From the NCBI GenBank assembly GCA_032718475.1, contig JAUCBJ010009045.1:48228-112227 (forward strand): a stretch of 64,000 nt of DNA. Reading direction: 5' to 3'. How positions within the stretch are numbered: position 1 is the stretch's first letter; each line of letters opens with the position of its first letter. Below the pieces are notes generated by a model. That model saw only the letters and a program-made list of their open reading frames with translations, did not search any database and was not told the origin of the DNA. Shown here piece by piece: positions 50,375-64,000 of this stretch. The translations under genes were made by a program, and so were the position numbers. Source of the DNA: Nemertoderma westbladi. Lineage: Eukaryota; Animalia; Xenacoelomorpha.

Positions 50375-53300
50375 TGAATTTTATCTACAAGCAGTACAAC
50401 ATCATTGTCTATATGGCCTTCATCACGAAGAATAACTATAGCTTTAACTGAATTTTATCTACAAGCAGTACAACATCATTGTCTATATGGCCTTCATCAC
50501 GAAGAATAACTATAGCTTTAACTGAATTTTATCTACAAGCAGTACAACATCATTGTCTATATGGCCTTCATCACGAAGAATAACTATAGCTTTAACTGAA
50601 TTTTATCTACAAGCAGTACAACATCATTGTCTATATGGCCTTCATCACGAAGAATAACTATAGCTTTAACTGAATTTTATCTACATGCAGTACAACATCA
50701 TTGTCTACATGGCCTTCATCACGAAGAATAACTATAGCTTTAACTGAATTTTATCTACATGCAGTACAATAATATCATTGCCTATATGGCCTTCATCACG
50801 AAGAATAACTATAGCTTTAACTTAATTTTATCTACAAGCAGTACAACATCATTGTCTATATGGCCTTCATCACGAAGAATAACTATAGCTTTAACTTAAT
50901 TTTATCTACATGCAGTATAATAATATCATTGTCTATATGGCCTTCATCACGAAGAATAACTATAGCTTTAACTTAATTTTATCTACATGCAGTACAACAT
51001 CATTGTCTATATGGCCTTCATCACGAAGAATAACTATAGCTTTAACTGAATTTTATCTACATGCAGTACAACATCATTGTCTACATGGCCTTCATCACGA
51101 AGAATAACTATAGCTTTAACTTAATTTTATCTACAAGCAGTACAATAATATCATTGCCTATATGGCCTTCATCACGAAGAATAACTATAGCTTTAACTTA
51201 ATTTTATCTACAAGCAGTACAACATCATTGTCTATATGGCCTTCATCACGAAGAATAACTATAGCTTTAACTGAATTTTATCTACAAGCAGTACAACATC
51301 ATTGTCTATATGGCCTTCATCACGAAGAATAACTATAGCTTTAACTTAATTTTATCTACAAGCAGTACAACATCATTGTCTATATGGCCTTCATCACGAA
51401 GAATAACTATAGCTTTAACTTAATTTTATCTACAAGCAGTACAACATCATTGTCTATATGGCCTTCATCACGAAGAATAACTATAGCTTTAACTGAATCT
51501 TATCTACAAGCAGTACAACATCATTGTCTACATGGCCTTCATCACGAAGAATAACTATAGCTTTAACTGAATTTTATCTACATGCAGTACAATAATATCA
51601 TTGTCTATATGGCCTTCATCACGAAGAATAACTACAGCTTTAACTTAATTTTATCTACAAGCAGTACAACATCATTGTCTATATGGCCTTAATCACGAAG
51701 AATAACTATAGCTTTAACTGAATCTTATCTACAAGCAGTACAACATCATTGTCTATATGGCCTTCATCACGAAGAATAACTATAGCTTTAACTGAATTTT
51801 ATCTACAAGCAGTACAACATCATTGTCTATATGGCCTTCATCACAAAGAATAACTATAGCTTTAACTGAATTTTATCTACAAGCAGTACAACATCATTGT
51901 CTATATGGCCTTCATCACGAAGAATAACTATAGCTTTAAATTAATTTTATCTACAAGCAGTACAACATCATTGTCTATATGGCCTTCATCACAAAGAATA
52001 ACTATAGCTTTAACTGAATTTTATCTACAAGCAGTACAACATCATTGTCTATATGGCCTTCATCACGAAGAATAACTATAGCTTTAACTGAATCTTATCT
52101 ACAAGCAGTACAACATCATTGTCTATATGGCCTTCATCACGAAGAATAACTATAGCTTTAACTGAATTTTATCTACAAGCAGTACAACATCATTGTCTAT
52201 ATGGCCTTCATCACAAAGAATAACTATAGCTTTAACTGAATTTTATCTACAAGCAGTACAACATCATTGTCTATATGGCCTTCATCACGAAGAATAACTA
52301 TAGCTTTAACTGAATTTTATCTACAAGCAGTACAACATCATTGTCTATATGGCCTTCATCACAAAGAATAACTATAGCTTTAACTGAATTTTATCTACAT
52401 GCAGTACAACATCATTGTCTACATGGCCTTCATCACGAAGAATAACTATAACTTTAACTGAATTTTATCTACATGCAGTACAATATCATTGTCTATATGG
52501 CCTTCATCACGAAGAATAACTATAGCTTTAACTTAATTTTATCTACAAGCAGTACAACATCATTGTCTATATGGCCTTCATCACGAAGAATAACTATAGC
52601 TTTAACTTAATTTTATTTACAAGCAGTACAACATCATTGTCTATATGGCCTTCATCACGAAGAATAACTATAGCTTTAACTGAATTTTATCTACAAGCAG
52701 TACAACATCATTGTCTATATGGCCTTCATCACGAAGAATAACTATAGCTTTAACTGAATTTTATCTACATGCAGTACAACATCATTGTCTACATGGCCTT
52801 CATCACGAAGAATAACTATAGCTTTAACTGAATTTTATCTACATGCAGTACAATAATATCATTGTCTATATGGCCTTCATCACGAAGAATAACTATAGCT
52901 TTAACTGAATCTTATCTACAAGCAGTACAACATCATTGTCTATATGGCCTTCATCACGAAGAATAACTATAGCTTTAACTTAATTTTATCTACAAGCAGT
53001 ACAACATCATTGTCTATATGGCCTTCATCACGAAGAATAACTATAGCTTTAACTTAATTTTATCTACAAGCAGTACAACATCATTGTCTATATGGCCTTA
53101 ATCACGAAGAATAACTATAGCTTTAACTGAATCTTATCTACAAGCAGTACAACATCATTGTCTATATGGCCTTCATCACGAAGAATAATAACTATAGCTT
53201 TAACTGAATTTTATCTACAAGCAGTACAACATCATTGTCTATATGGCCTTCATCACAAAGAATAACTATAGCTTTAACTGAATCTTATCTACAAGCAGTA

Positions 53301-56300
53301 CAACATCATTGTCTATATGGCCTTCATCACGAAGAATAACTATAGCTTTAACTGAATTTTATCTACAAGCAGTACAACATCATTGTCTATATGGCCTTCA
53401 TCACAAAGAATAACTATAGCTTTAACTGAATTTTATCTACAAGCAGTACAACATCATTGTCTATATGGCCTTCATCACGAAGAATAACTATAGCTTTAAC
53501 TGAATCTTATCTACAAGCAGTACAACATCATTGTCTACATGGCCTTCATCACGAAGAATAATAACTATAGCTTTAACTGAATTTTATCTACAAGCAGTAC
53601 AACATCATTGTCTATATGGCCTTCATCACAAAGAATAACTATAGCTTTAACTGAATTTTATCTACAAGCAGTACAACATCATTGTCTATATGGCCTTCAT
53701 CACGAAGAATAACTATAGCTTTAACTGAATTTTATCTACATGCAGTACAACATCATTGTCTATATGGCCTTCATCACAAAGAATAACTATAGCTTTAACT
53801 GAATTTTATCTACAAGCAGTACAACATCAGTGTCTATATGGCCTTCATCACGAAGAATAACTATAGCTTTAACTGAATTTTATCTACAAGCAGTACAACA
53901 TCATTGTCTACATGGCCTTCATCACAAAGAATAACTATAGCTTTAACTTAATTTTATCTACATGCAGTACAACATCATTGTCTACATGGCCTTCATCACG
54001 AAGAATAACTATAGCTTTAACTGAATTTTATCTACAAGCAGTACAACATCATTGTCTATATGGCCTTCATCACGAAGAATAACTATAGCTTTAACTGAAT
54101 TTTATCTACATGCAGTACAACATCATTGTCTATATGGCCTTCATCACGAAGAATAACTATAGCTTTAACTGAATTTTATCTACAAGCAGTACAACATCAT
54201 TGTCTATATGGCCTTCATCACGAAGAATAACTATAGCTTTAACTTAATTTTATCTACATGCAGTACAACATCATTGTCTACATGGCCTTCATCACGAAGA
54301 ATAACTATAGCTTTAACTTAATTTTATCTACATGCAGTACAACATCGTTGTCTACATGGCCTTCATCACGAAGAATAACTATAGCTTTAACTGAATTTTA
54401 TCTACAAGCAGTACAACATCGTTGTCTATATGGCCTTCATCGCGAAGAATAACTATAGCTTTAACTGAATTTTATCTACAAGCAGTACAACATCATTGTC
54501 TATATGGCCTTCATCACGAAGAATAACTATAGCTTTAACTGAATTTTATCTACAAGCAGTACAACATCATTGTCTATATGGCCTTCATCACGAAGAATAA
54601 CTATAGCTTTAACTTAATTTTATCTACAAGCAGTACAACAGCATTGTCTACATGGCCTTCATTACGAAGAATAACTATAGCTTTAACTTAATTTTATCTA
54701 CAAGCAGTACAACATCATTGTCTATATGGCCTTCATCACGAAGAATAACTATAGCTTTAACTGAATTTTATCTACAAGCAGTACAACATCGTTGTCTATA
54801 TGGCCTTCATCGCGAAGAATAACTATAGCTTTAACTGAATTTTATCTACAAGCAGTACAACATCATTGTCTATATGGCCTTCATCACGAAGAATAACTAT
54901 AGCTTTAACTGAATTTTATCTACAAGCAGTACAACATCATTGTCTATATGGCCTTCATTACGAAGAATAACTATAGCTTTAACTTAATTTTATCTACAAG
55001 CAGTACAACAGCATTGTCTATATGGCCTTCATTACGAAGAATAACTATAGCTTTAACTTAATTTTATCTACAAGCAGTACAACATCATTGTCTACATGGC
55101 CTTCATCACGAAGAATAACTATAGCTTTAACTGAATTTTATCTACATGCAGTACAATAATATCATTGTCTATATGGCCTTCATCACGAAGAATAACTATA
55201 GCTTTAACTTAATTTTATCTACATGCAGTACAACATCATTGTCTATATGGCCTTCATCACGAAGAATAACTATAGCTTTAACTGAATTTTATCTACATGC
55301 AGTACAACATCATTGTCTACATGGCCTTCATCACGAAGAATAACTATAGCTTTAATTGAATTTTATCTACATGCAGTACAATAATATCATTGTCTATATG
55401 GCCTTCATCACGAAGAATAACTATAGCTTTAACTTAATTTTATCTACAAGCAGTACAACATCATTGTCTATATGGCCTTCATCACGAAGAATAACTATAG
55501 CTTTAACTTAATTTTATCTACAAGCAGTACAACATCATTGTCTATATGGCCTTCATCGCGAAGAATAACTATAGCTTTAACTGAATTTTATCTACAAGCA
55601 GTACAACATCATTGTCTATATGGCCTTCATCACGAAGAATAACTATAGCTTTAACTGAATTTTATCTACAAGCAGTACAACATCATTGTCTACATGGCCT
55701 TCATCACGAAGAATAACTATAGCTTTAACTGAATTTTATCTACAAGCAGTACAACATCATTGTCTATATGGCCTTCATCACGAAGAATAACTATAGCTTT
55801 AACGGAATTTTATCTACATGCAGTACAACATCATTGTCTACATGGCCTTCATCACGAAGAATAACTATAGCTTTAACTGAATTTTATCTACATGCAGTAC
55901 AACAATATCATTGTCTATATGGCCTTCATCACGAAGAATAACTATAGCTTTAACTTAATTTTATCTACAAGCAGTACAACATCATTGTCTATATGGCCTT
56001 CATCACAAAGAATAACTATAGCTTTAACTTAATTTTATCTACAAGCAGTACAACATCATTGTCTATATGGCCTTCATCACAAAGAATAACTATAGCTTTA
56101 ACTGAATTTTATCTACAAGCAGTACAACATCATTGTCTATATGGCCTTCATCACGAAGAATAACTATAGCTTTAACTGAATTTTATCTACAAGCAGTACA
56201 ACATCATTGTCTATATGGCCTTCATCACGAAGAATAACTATAGCTTTAACTGAATTTTATCTACATGCAGTACAACAATATCATTGTCTATATGGCCTTC

Positions 56301-59300
56301 ATCACGAAGAATAACTATAGCTTTAACTGAATTTTATCTACAAGCAGTACAACATCATTGTCTATATGGCCTTCATCACGAAGAATAACTATAGCTTTAA
56401 CTTAATTTTATCTACATGCAGTACAACATCATTGTCTACATGGCCTTCATCACGAAGAATAACTATAGCTTTAACTGAATTTTATCTACATGCAGTACAA
56501 CATCATTGTCTATATGGCCTTCATCACGAAGAATAACTATAGCTTTAACTGAATTTTATCTACAAGCAGTACAACATCATTGTCTATATGGCCTTCATCA
56601 CGAAGAATAACTATAGCTTTAACTTAATTTTATCTACAAGCAGTACAACATCATTGTCTATATGGCCTTCATCACGAAGAATAACTATAGCTTTAACTTA
56701 ATTTTATCTACATGCAGTACAACATCATTGTCTATATGGCCTTCATCACGAAGAATAACTATAGCTTTAACTTAATTTTATCTACATGCAGTACAACATC
56801 ATTGTCTACATGGCCTTCATCACGAAGAATAACTATAGCTTTAACTTAATTTTATCTACATGCAGTACAACATCATTGTCTATATGGCCTTCATCACGAA
56901 GAATAACTATAGCTTTAACTGAATTTTATCTACATGCAGTACAACATCATTGTCTATATGGCCTTCATCACGAAGAATAACTATAGCTTTAACTGAATTT
57001 TATCTACAAGCAGTACAACATCATTGTCTATATGGCCTTCATCACGAAAAATAACTATAGCTTTAACTTAATTTTATCTACATGCAGTACAACATCATTG
57101 TCTACATGGCCTTCATCACGAAGAATAACTATAGCTTTAACTGAATTTTATCTACAAGCAGTACAACATCATTGTCTATATGGCCTTCATCACGAAGAAT
57201 AACTATAGCTTTAACTGAATTTTATCTACAAGCAGTACAACATCATTGTCTATATGGCCTTCATCACGAAGAATAACTATAGCTTTAACTGAATTTTATC
57301 TACAAGCAGTACAACATCATTGTCTATATGGCCTTCATTACGAAGAATAACTATAGCTTTAACTTAATTTTATCTACAAGCAGTACAACATCATTGTCTA
57401 TATGGCCTTCATCACGAAGAATAACTATAGCTTTAACTGAATTTTATCTACATGCAGTACAACATCATTGTCTACATGGCCTTCATCACGAAGAATAACT
57501 ATAAATTTAACTGAATTTTATCTACATGCAGTACAATAATATCATTGTCTATATGGCCTTCATCAAGAAGAATAACAATAGCTTTAACTGAATTTTATCT
57601 ACATGCAGTACAACATCATTGTCTACATGGCCTTCATCACGAAGAATAACTATAGCTTTAACTGAATTTTATCTACATGCAGTACAATAATATCATTGTC
57701 TATATGGCCTTCATCACGAAGAATAACTATAGCTTTAACTTAATTTTATCTACATGCAGTACAACATCATTGTCTATATGGCCTTCATCACGAAGAATAA
57801 CTATAGCTTTAACTGAATTTTATCTACATGCAGTACAACATCATTGTCTACATGGCCTTCATCACGAAGAATAACTATAAATTTAACTGAATTTTATCTA
57901 CATGCAGTACAATAATATCATTGTCTATATGGCCTTCATCACGAAGAATAACTATAGCTTTAACTTAATTTTATCTACAAGCAGTACAACATCATTGTCT
58001 ATATGGCCTTCATCACGAAGAATAACTATAGCTTTAACTTAATTTTATCTACAAGCAGTACAACATCATTGTCTATATGGCCTTTATCACGAAGAATAAC
58101 TATAGCTTTAACTGAATTTTATCTACAAGCAGTACAACATCATTGTCTATATGGCCTTCATCACGAAGAATAACTATAGCTTTAACTGAATTTTATCTAC
58201 AAGCAGTACAACATCATTGTCTATATGGCCTTCATCACGAAGAATAACTATAGCTTTAACTGAATTTTATCTACAAGCAGTACAACATCATTGTCTATAT
58301 GGCCTTCATCACGAAGAATAACTATAGCTTTAACTGAATTTTATCTACATGCAGTACAACATCATTGTCTACATGGCCTTCATCACGAAGAATAACTATA
58401 GCTTTAACTGAATTTTATCTACATGCAGTACAATAATATCATTGTCTATATGGCCTTCATCACGAAGAATAACTATAGCTTTAACTTAATTTTATCTACA
58501 AGCAGTACAAAATCATTGTCTATATGGCCTTCATCACGAAGAATAACTATAGCTTTAACTTAATTTTATCTACAAGCAGTACAACATCATTGTCTATATG
58601 GCCTTCATCACGAAGAATAACTATAGCTTTAACTTAATTTGATCTACAAGCAGTACAACATCATTGTCTATATGGCCTTCATCACAAAGAATAACTATAG
58701 CTTTAACTGAATTTTATCTACAAGCAGTACAACATCATTGTCTATATGGCCTTCATCACGAAGAATAACTATAGCTTTAACTGAATTTTATCTACATGCA
58801 GTACAACATCATTGTCTATATGGCCTTCATCACGAAGAATAACTATAGCTTTAACTGAATTTTATCTACAAGCAGTACAACATCATTGTCTATATGGCCT
58901 TCATCACGAAGAATAACTATAGCTTTAACTTAATTTTATCTACAAGCAGTACAACATCATTGTCTATATGGCCTTCATCACGAAGAATAACTATAGCTTT
59001 AACTTAATTTTATCTACATGCAGTACAACATCATTGTCTACATGGCCTTCATCACGAAGAATAACTATAGCTTTAACTGAATTTTATCTACAAGCAGTAC
59101 AACATCATTGTCTATATGGCCTTCATCACGAAGAATAACTATAGCTTTAACTTAATTTTATCTACAAGCAGTACAACATCATTGTCTATATGGCCTTCAT
59201 CACGAAGAATAACTATAGCTTTAACTGAATTTTATCTACAAGCAGTACAACATCATTGTCTATATGGCCTTCATCACGAAGAATAACTATAGCTTTAACT

Positions 59301-62300
59301 GAATTTTATCTACAAGCAGTACAACATCATTGTCTATATGGCCTTCATCACGAAGAATAACTATAGCTTTAACTGAATTTTATCTACATGCAGTACAACA
59401 TCATTGTCTATATGGCCTTCATCACGAAGAATAAATATAGCTTTAACTGAATTTTATCTACAAGCAGTACAACATCATTGTCTATATGGCCTTCATCACG
59501 AAGAATAACTATAGCTTTAACTTAATTTTATCTACAAGTAGTACAACATCATTGTCTATATGGCCTTCATCACAAAGAATAACTATAGCTTTAACTGAAT
59601 TTTATCTACAAGCAGTACAACATCATTGTCTATATGGCCTTCATCACGAAGAATAACTATAGCTTTAACTGAATTTTATCTACAAGCAGTACAACATCAT
59701 TGTCTATATGGCCTTCATCACGAAGAATAACTATAGCTTTAACTGAATTTTATCTACATGCAGTACAACATCATTGTCTATATGGCCTTCATCACGAAGA
59801 ATAACTATAGCTTTAACTGAATTTTATCTACAAGCAGTACAACATCATTGTCTATATGGCCTTCATCACGAAGAATAACTATAGCTTTAACTTAATTTTA
59901 TCTACATGCAGTACAACATCATTGTCTACATGGCCTTCATCACGAAGAATAACTATAGCTTTAACTGAATTTTATCTACATGCAGTACAACATCATTGTC
60001 TATATGGCCTTCATCACGAAGAATAACTATAGCTTTAACTGAATTTTATCTACAAGCAGTACAACATCATTGTCTATATGGCCTTCATCACGAAGAATAA
60101 CTATAGCTTTAACTTAATTTTATCTACAAGCAGTACAACATCATTGTCTATATGGCCTTCATCACGAAGAATAACTATAGCTTTAACTTAATTTTATCTA
60201 CATGCAGTACAACATCATTGTCTATATGGCCTTCATCACGAAGAATAACTATAGCTTTAACTTAATTTTATCTACATGCAGTACAACATCATTGTCTACA
60301 TGGCCTTCATCACGAAGAATAACTATAGCTTTAACTTAATTTTATCTACATGCAGTACAACATCATTGTCTATATGGCCTTCATCACGAAGAATAACTAT
60401 AGCTTTAACTGAATTTTATCTACATGCAGTACAACATCATTGTCTATATGGCCTTCATCACGAAGAATAACTATAGCTTTAACTGAATTTTATCTACAAG
60501 CAGTACAACATCATTGTCTATATGGCCTTCATCACGAAAAATAACTATAGCTTTAACTTAATTTTATCTACATGCAGTACAACATCATTGTCTACATGGC
60601 CTTCATCACGAAGAATAACTATAGCTTTAACTGAATTTTATCTACAAGCAGTACAACATCATTGTCTATATGGCCTTCATCACGAAGAATAACTATAGCT
60701 TTAACTGAATTTTATCTACAAGCAGTACAACATCATTGTCTATATGGCCTTCATCACGAAGAATAACTATAGCTTTAACTGAATTTTATCTACAAGCAGT
60801 ACAACATCATTGTCTATATGGCCTTCATTACGAAGAATAACTATAGCTTTAACTGAATCTTATCTACAAGCAGTACAACATCATTGTCTATATGGCCTTC
60901 ATCACGAAGAATAACTATAGCTTTAACTTAATTTTATCTACAAGCAGTACAACATCATTGTCTATATGGCCTTCATCACGAAGAATAACTATAGCTTTAA
61001 CTTAATTTTATCTACAAGCAGTACAACATCATTGTCTATATGGCCTTAATCACGAAGAATAACTATAGCTTTAACTGAATCTTATCTACAAGCAGTACAA
61101 CATCATTGTCTATATGGCCTTCATCACGAAGAATAATAACTATAGCTTTAACTGAATTTTATCTACAAGCAGTACAACATCATTGTCTATATGGCCTTCA
61201 TCACAAAGAATAACTATAGCTTTAACTGAATTTTATCTACAAGCAGTACAACATCATTGTCTATATGGCCTTCATCACGAAGAATAACTATAGCTTTAAC
61301 TGAATTTTATCTACAAGCAGTACAACATCATTGTCTATATGGCCTTCATCACAAAGAATAACTATAGCTTTAACTGAATTTTATCTACAAGCAGTACAAC
61401 ATCATTGTCTATATGGCCTTCATCACGAAGAATAACTATAGCTTTAACTTAATTTTATCTACATGCAGTACAACATCATTGTCTACATGGCCTTCATCAC
61501 AAAGAATAACTATAGCTTTAACTTAATTTTATCTACATGCAGTACAACATCATTGTCTATATGGCCTTCATCACGAAGAATAACTATAGCTTTAACTGAA
61601 TTTTATCTACAAGCAGTACAACATCATTGTCTATATGGCCTTCATTACAAAGAATAACTATAGCTTTAACTGAATTTTATCTACATGCAGTACAACATCA
61701 TTGTCTATATGGCCTTCATCACGAAGAATAACTATAGCTTTAACTGAATTTTATCTACAAGCAGTACAACATCAGTGTCTATATGGCCTTCATCACGAAG
61801 AATAACTATAGCTTTAACTGAATTTTATCTACAAGCAGTACAACATCATTGTCTATATGGCCTTCATCACGAAGAATAACTATAGCTTTAACTTAATTTT
61901 ATCTACATGCAGTACAACATCATTGTCTACATGGCCTTCATCACGAAGAATAACTATAGCTTTAACTGAATTTTATCTACAAGCAGTACAACATCATTGT
62001 CTATATGGCCTTCATCACGAAGAATAACTATAGCTTTAACTGAATTTTATCTACATGCAGTACAACATCATTGTCTATATGGCCTTCATCACGAAGAATA
62101 ACTATAGCTTTAACTGAATTTTATCTACAAGCAGTACAACATCATTGTCTATATGGCCTTCATCACGAAGAATAACTATAGCTTTAACTTAATTTTATCT
62201 ACATGCAGTACAACATCATTGTCTACATGGCCTTCATCACGAAGAATAACTATAGCTTTAACTGAATTTTTCTACAAGCAGTACAACATCGTTGTCTACA

Positions 62301-64000
62301 TGGCCTTCATCACGAAGAATAACTATAGCTTTAACTGAATTTTATCTACAAGCAGTACAACATCGTTGTCTATATGGCCTTCATCGCGAAGAATAACTAT
62401 AGCTTTAACTGAATTTTATCTACAAGCAGTACAACATCATTGTCTATATGGCCTTCATCACGAAGAATAACTATAGCTTTAACTGAATTTTATCTACAAG
62501 CAGTACAACATCATTGTCTATATGGCCTTCATTACGAAGAATAACTATAGCTTTAACTTAATTTTATCTACAAGCAGTACAACAGCATTGTCTATATGGC
62601 CTTCATTACGAAGAATAACTATAGCTTTAACTTAATTTTATCTACAAGCAGTACAACATCATTGTCTATATGGCCTTCATCACGAAGAATAACTATAGCT
62701 TTAACTGAATTTTATCTACATGCAGTACAATAATATCATTGTCTATATGGCCTTCATCACGAAGAATAACTATAGCTTTAACTTAATTTTATCTACATGC
62801 AGTACAACATCATTGTCTATATGGCCTTCATCACGAAGAATAACTATAGCTTTAACTGAATTTTATCTACATGCAGTACAACATCATTGTCTACATGGCC
62901 TTCATCACGAAGAATAACTATAGCTTTAATTGAATTTTATCTACATGCAGTACAATAATATCATTGTCTATATGGCCTTCATCACGAAGAATAACTATAG
63001 CTTTAACTTAATTTTATCTACAAGCAGTACAACATCATTGTCTATATGGCCTTCATCACGAAGAATAACTATAGCTTTAACTTAATTTTATCTACAAGCA
63101 GTACAACATCATTGTCTATATGGCCTTCATCGCGAAGAATAACTATAGCTTTAACTGAATTTTATCTACAAGCAGTACAACATCATTGTCTATATGGCCT
63201 TCATCACGAAGAATAACTATAGCTTTAACTGAATTTTATCTACAAGCAGTACAATATCATTGTCTATATGGCCTTCATCACGAAGAATAACTATAGCTTT
63301 AACTGAATTTTATCTACAAGCAGTACAACATCATTGTCTATATGGCCTTCATCACGAAGAATAACTATAGCTTTAACGGAATTTTATCTACATGCAGTAC
63401 AACATCATTGTCTACATGGCCTTCATCACGAAGAATAACTATAGCTTTAACTGAATTTTATCTACATGCAGTACAACAATATCATTGTCTATATGGCCTT
63501 CATCACGAAGAATAACTATAGCTTTAACTTAATTTTATCTACAAGCAGTACAACATCATTGTCTATATGGCCTTCATCACAAAGAATAACTATAGCTTTA
63601 ACTTAATTTTATCTACAAGCAGTACAACATCATTGTCTATATGGCCTTCATCACAAAGAATAACTATAGCTTTAACTGAATTTTATCTACAAGCAGTACA
63701 ACATCATTGTCTATATGGCCTTCATCACGAAGAATAACTATAGCTTTAACTGAATTTTATCTACAAGCAGTACAACATCATTGTCTATATGGCCTTCATC
63801 ACGAAGAATAACTATAGCTTTAACTGAATTTTATCTACATGCAGTACAACATCATTGTCTATATGGCCTTCATCACGAAGAATAACTATAGCTTTAACTG
63901 AATTTTATCTACAAGCAGTACAACATCATTGTCTATATGGCCTTCATCACGAAGAATAACTATAGCTTTAACTTAATTTTATCTACATGCAGTACAACAT
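50375..64000. repeat. 74-bp satellite, ~184 copies, running off the window end (aattttatctacaagcagtacaacatcattgtctatatggccttcatcacgaagaataactatagctttaactg)
   Basis: Directly visible, with recurrent variants (acaag/acatg, aactg/aactt, 3-bp aat insertions). Confidence 0.98.

Noticed and set aside
50910-62917. Recurrent 61-65-aa ORFs (MQYNNIIVYMAF...)
   Set aside because: Produced by frame rotation through the 74-bp satellite when certain variants align.

Overview
Eukaryotic (animal-like, AT-rich) genomic DNA, not prokaryotic. The window holds the 3' four coding exons of a minus-strand cysteine-containing LRR gene (F-box/LRR, FBXL-like): about 49410-48944, 31171-30692, 9002-8817 and 8577-8452. 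All three internal junctions are phase-0 GT-AG, and the 5' exons are not located. About 41 of the 64 kb are seven tandem arrays (units of 42, 40, 68, 29, 44, 50 and 74 bp). At least four of them were amplified in place from ordinary local sequence: the gene's own splice donor (121 copies, each reading as a GT...CTAAC...CAG 50-nt unit), the gene's stop codon, and two dead LINE ORFs. The introns also hold three decayed non-LTR retrotransposons, several non-autonomous DNA transposons (with TA, TTAA, 8-bp and 9-bp target duplications), a tRNA-like sequence, and a nested opposite-strand intronless gene for a protamine-like basic protein (37375-37662). The long repetitive ORFs at 3-7.5 kb and 50-63 kb are satellite artefacts. 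There is a 100-N assembly gap at 21578-21677. No database searches were run, so family names rest on motif recognition.
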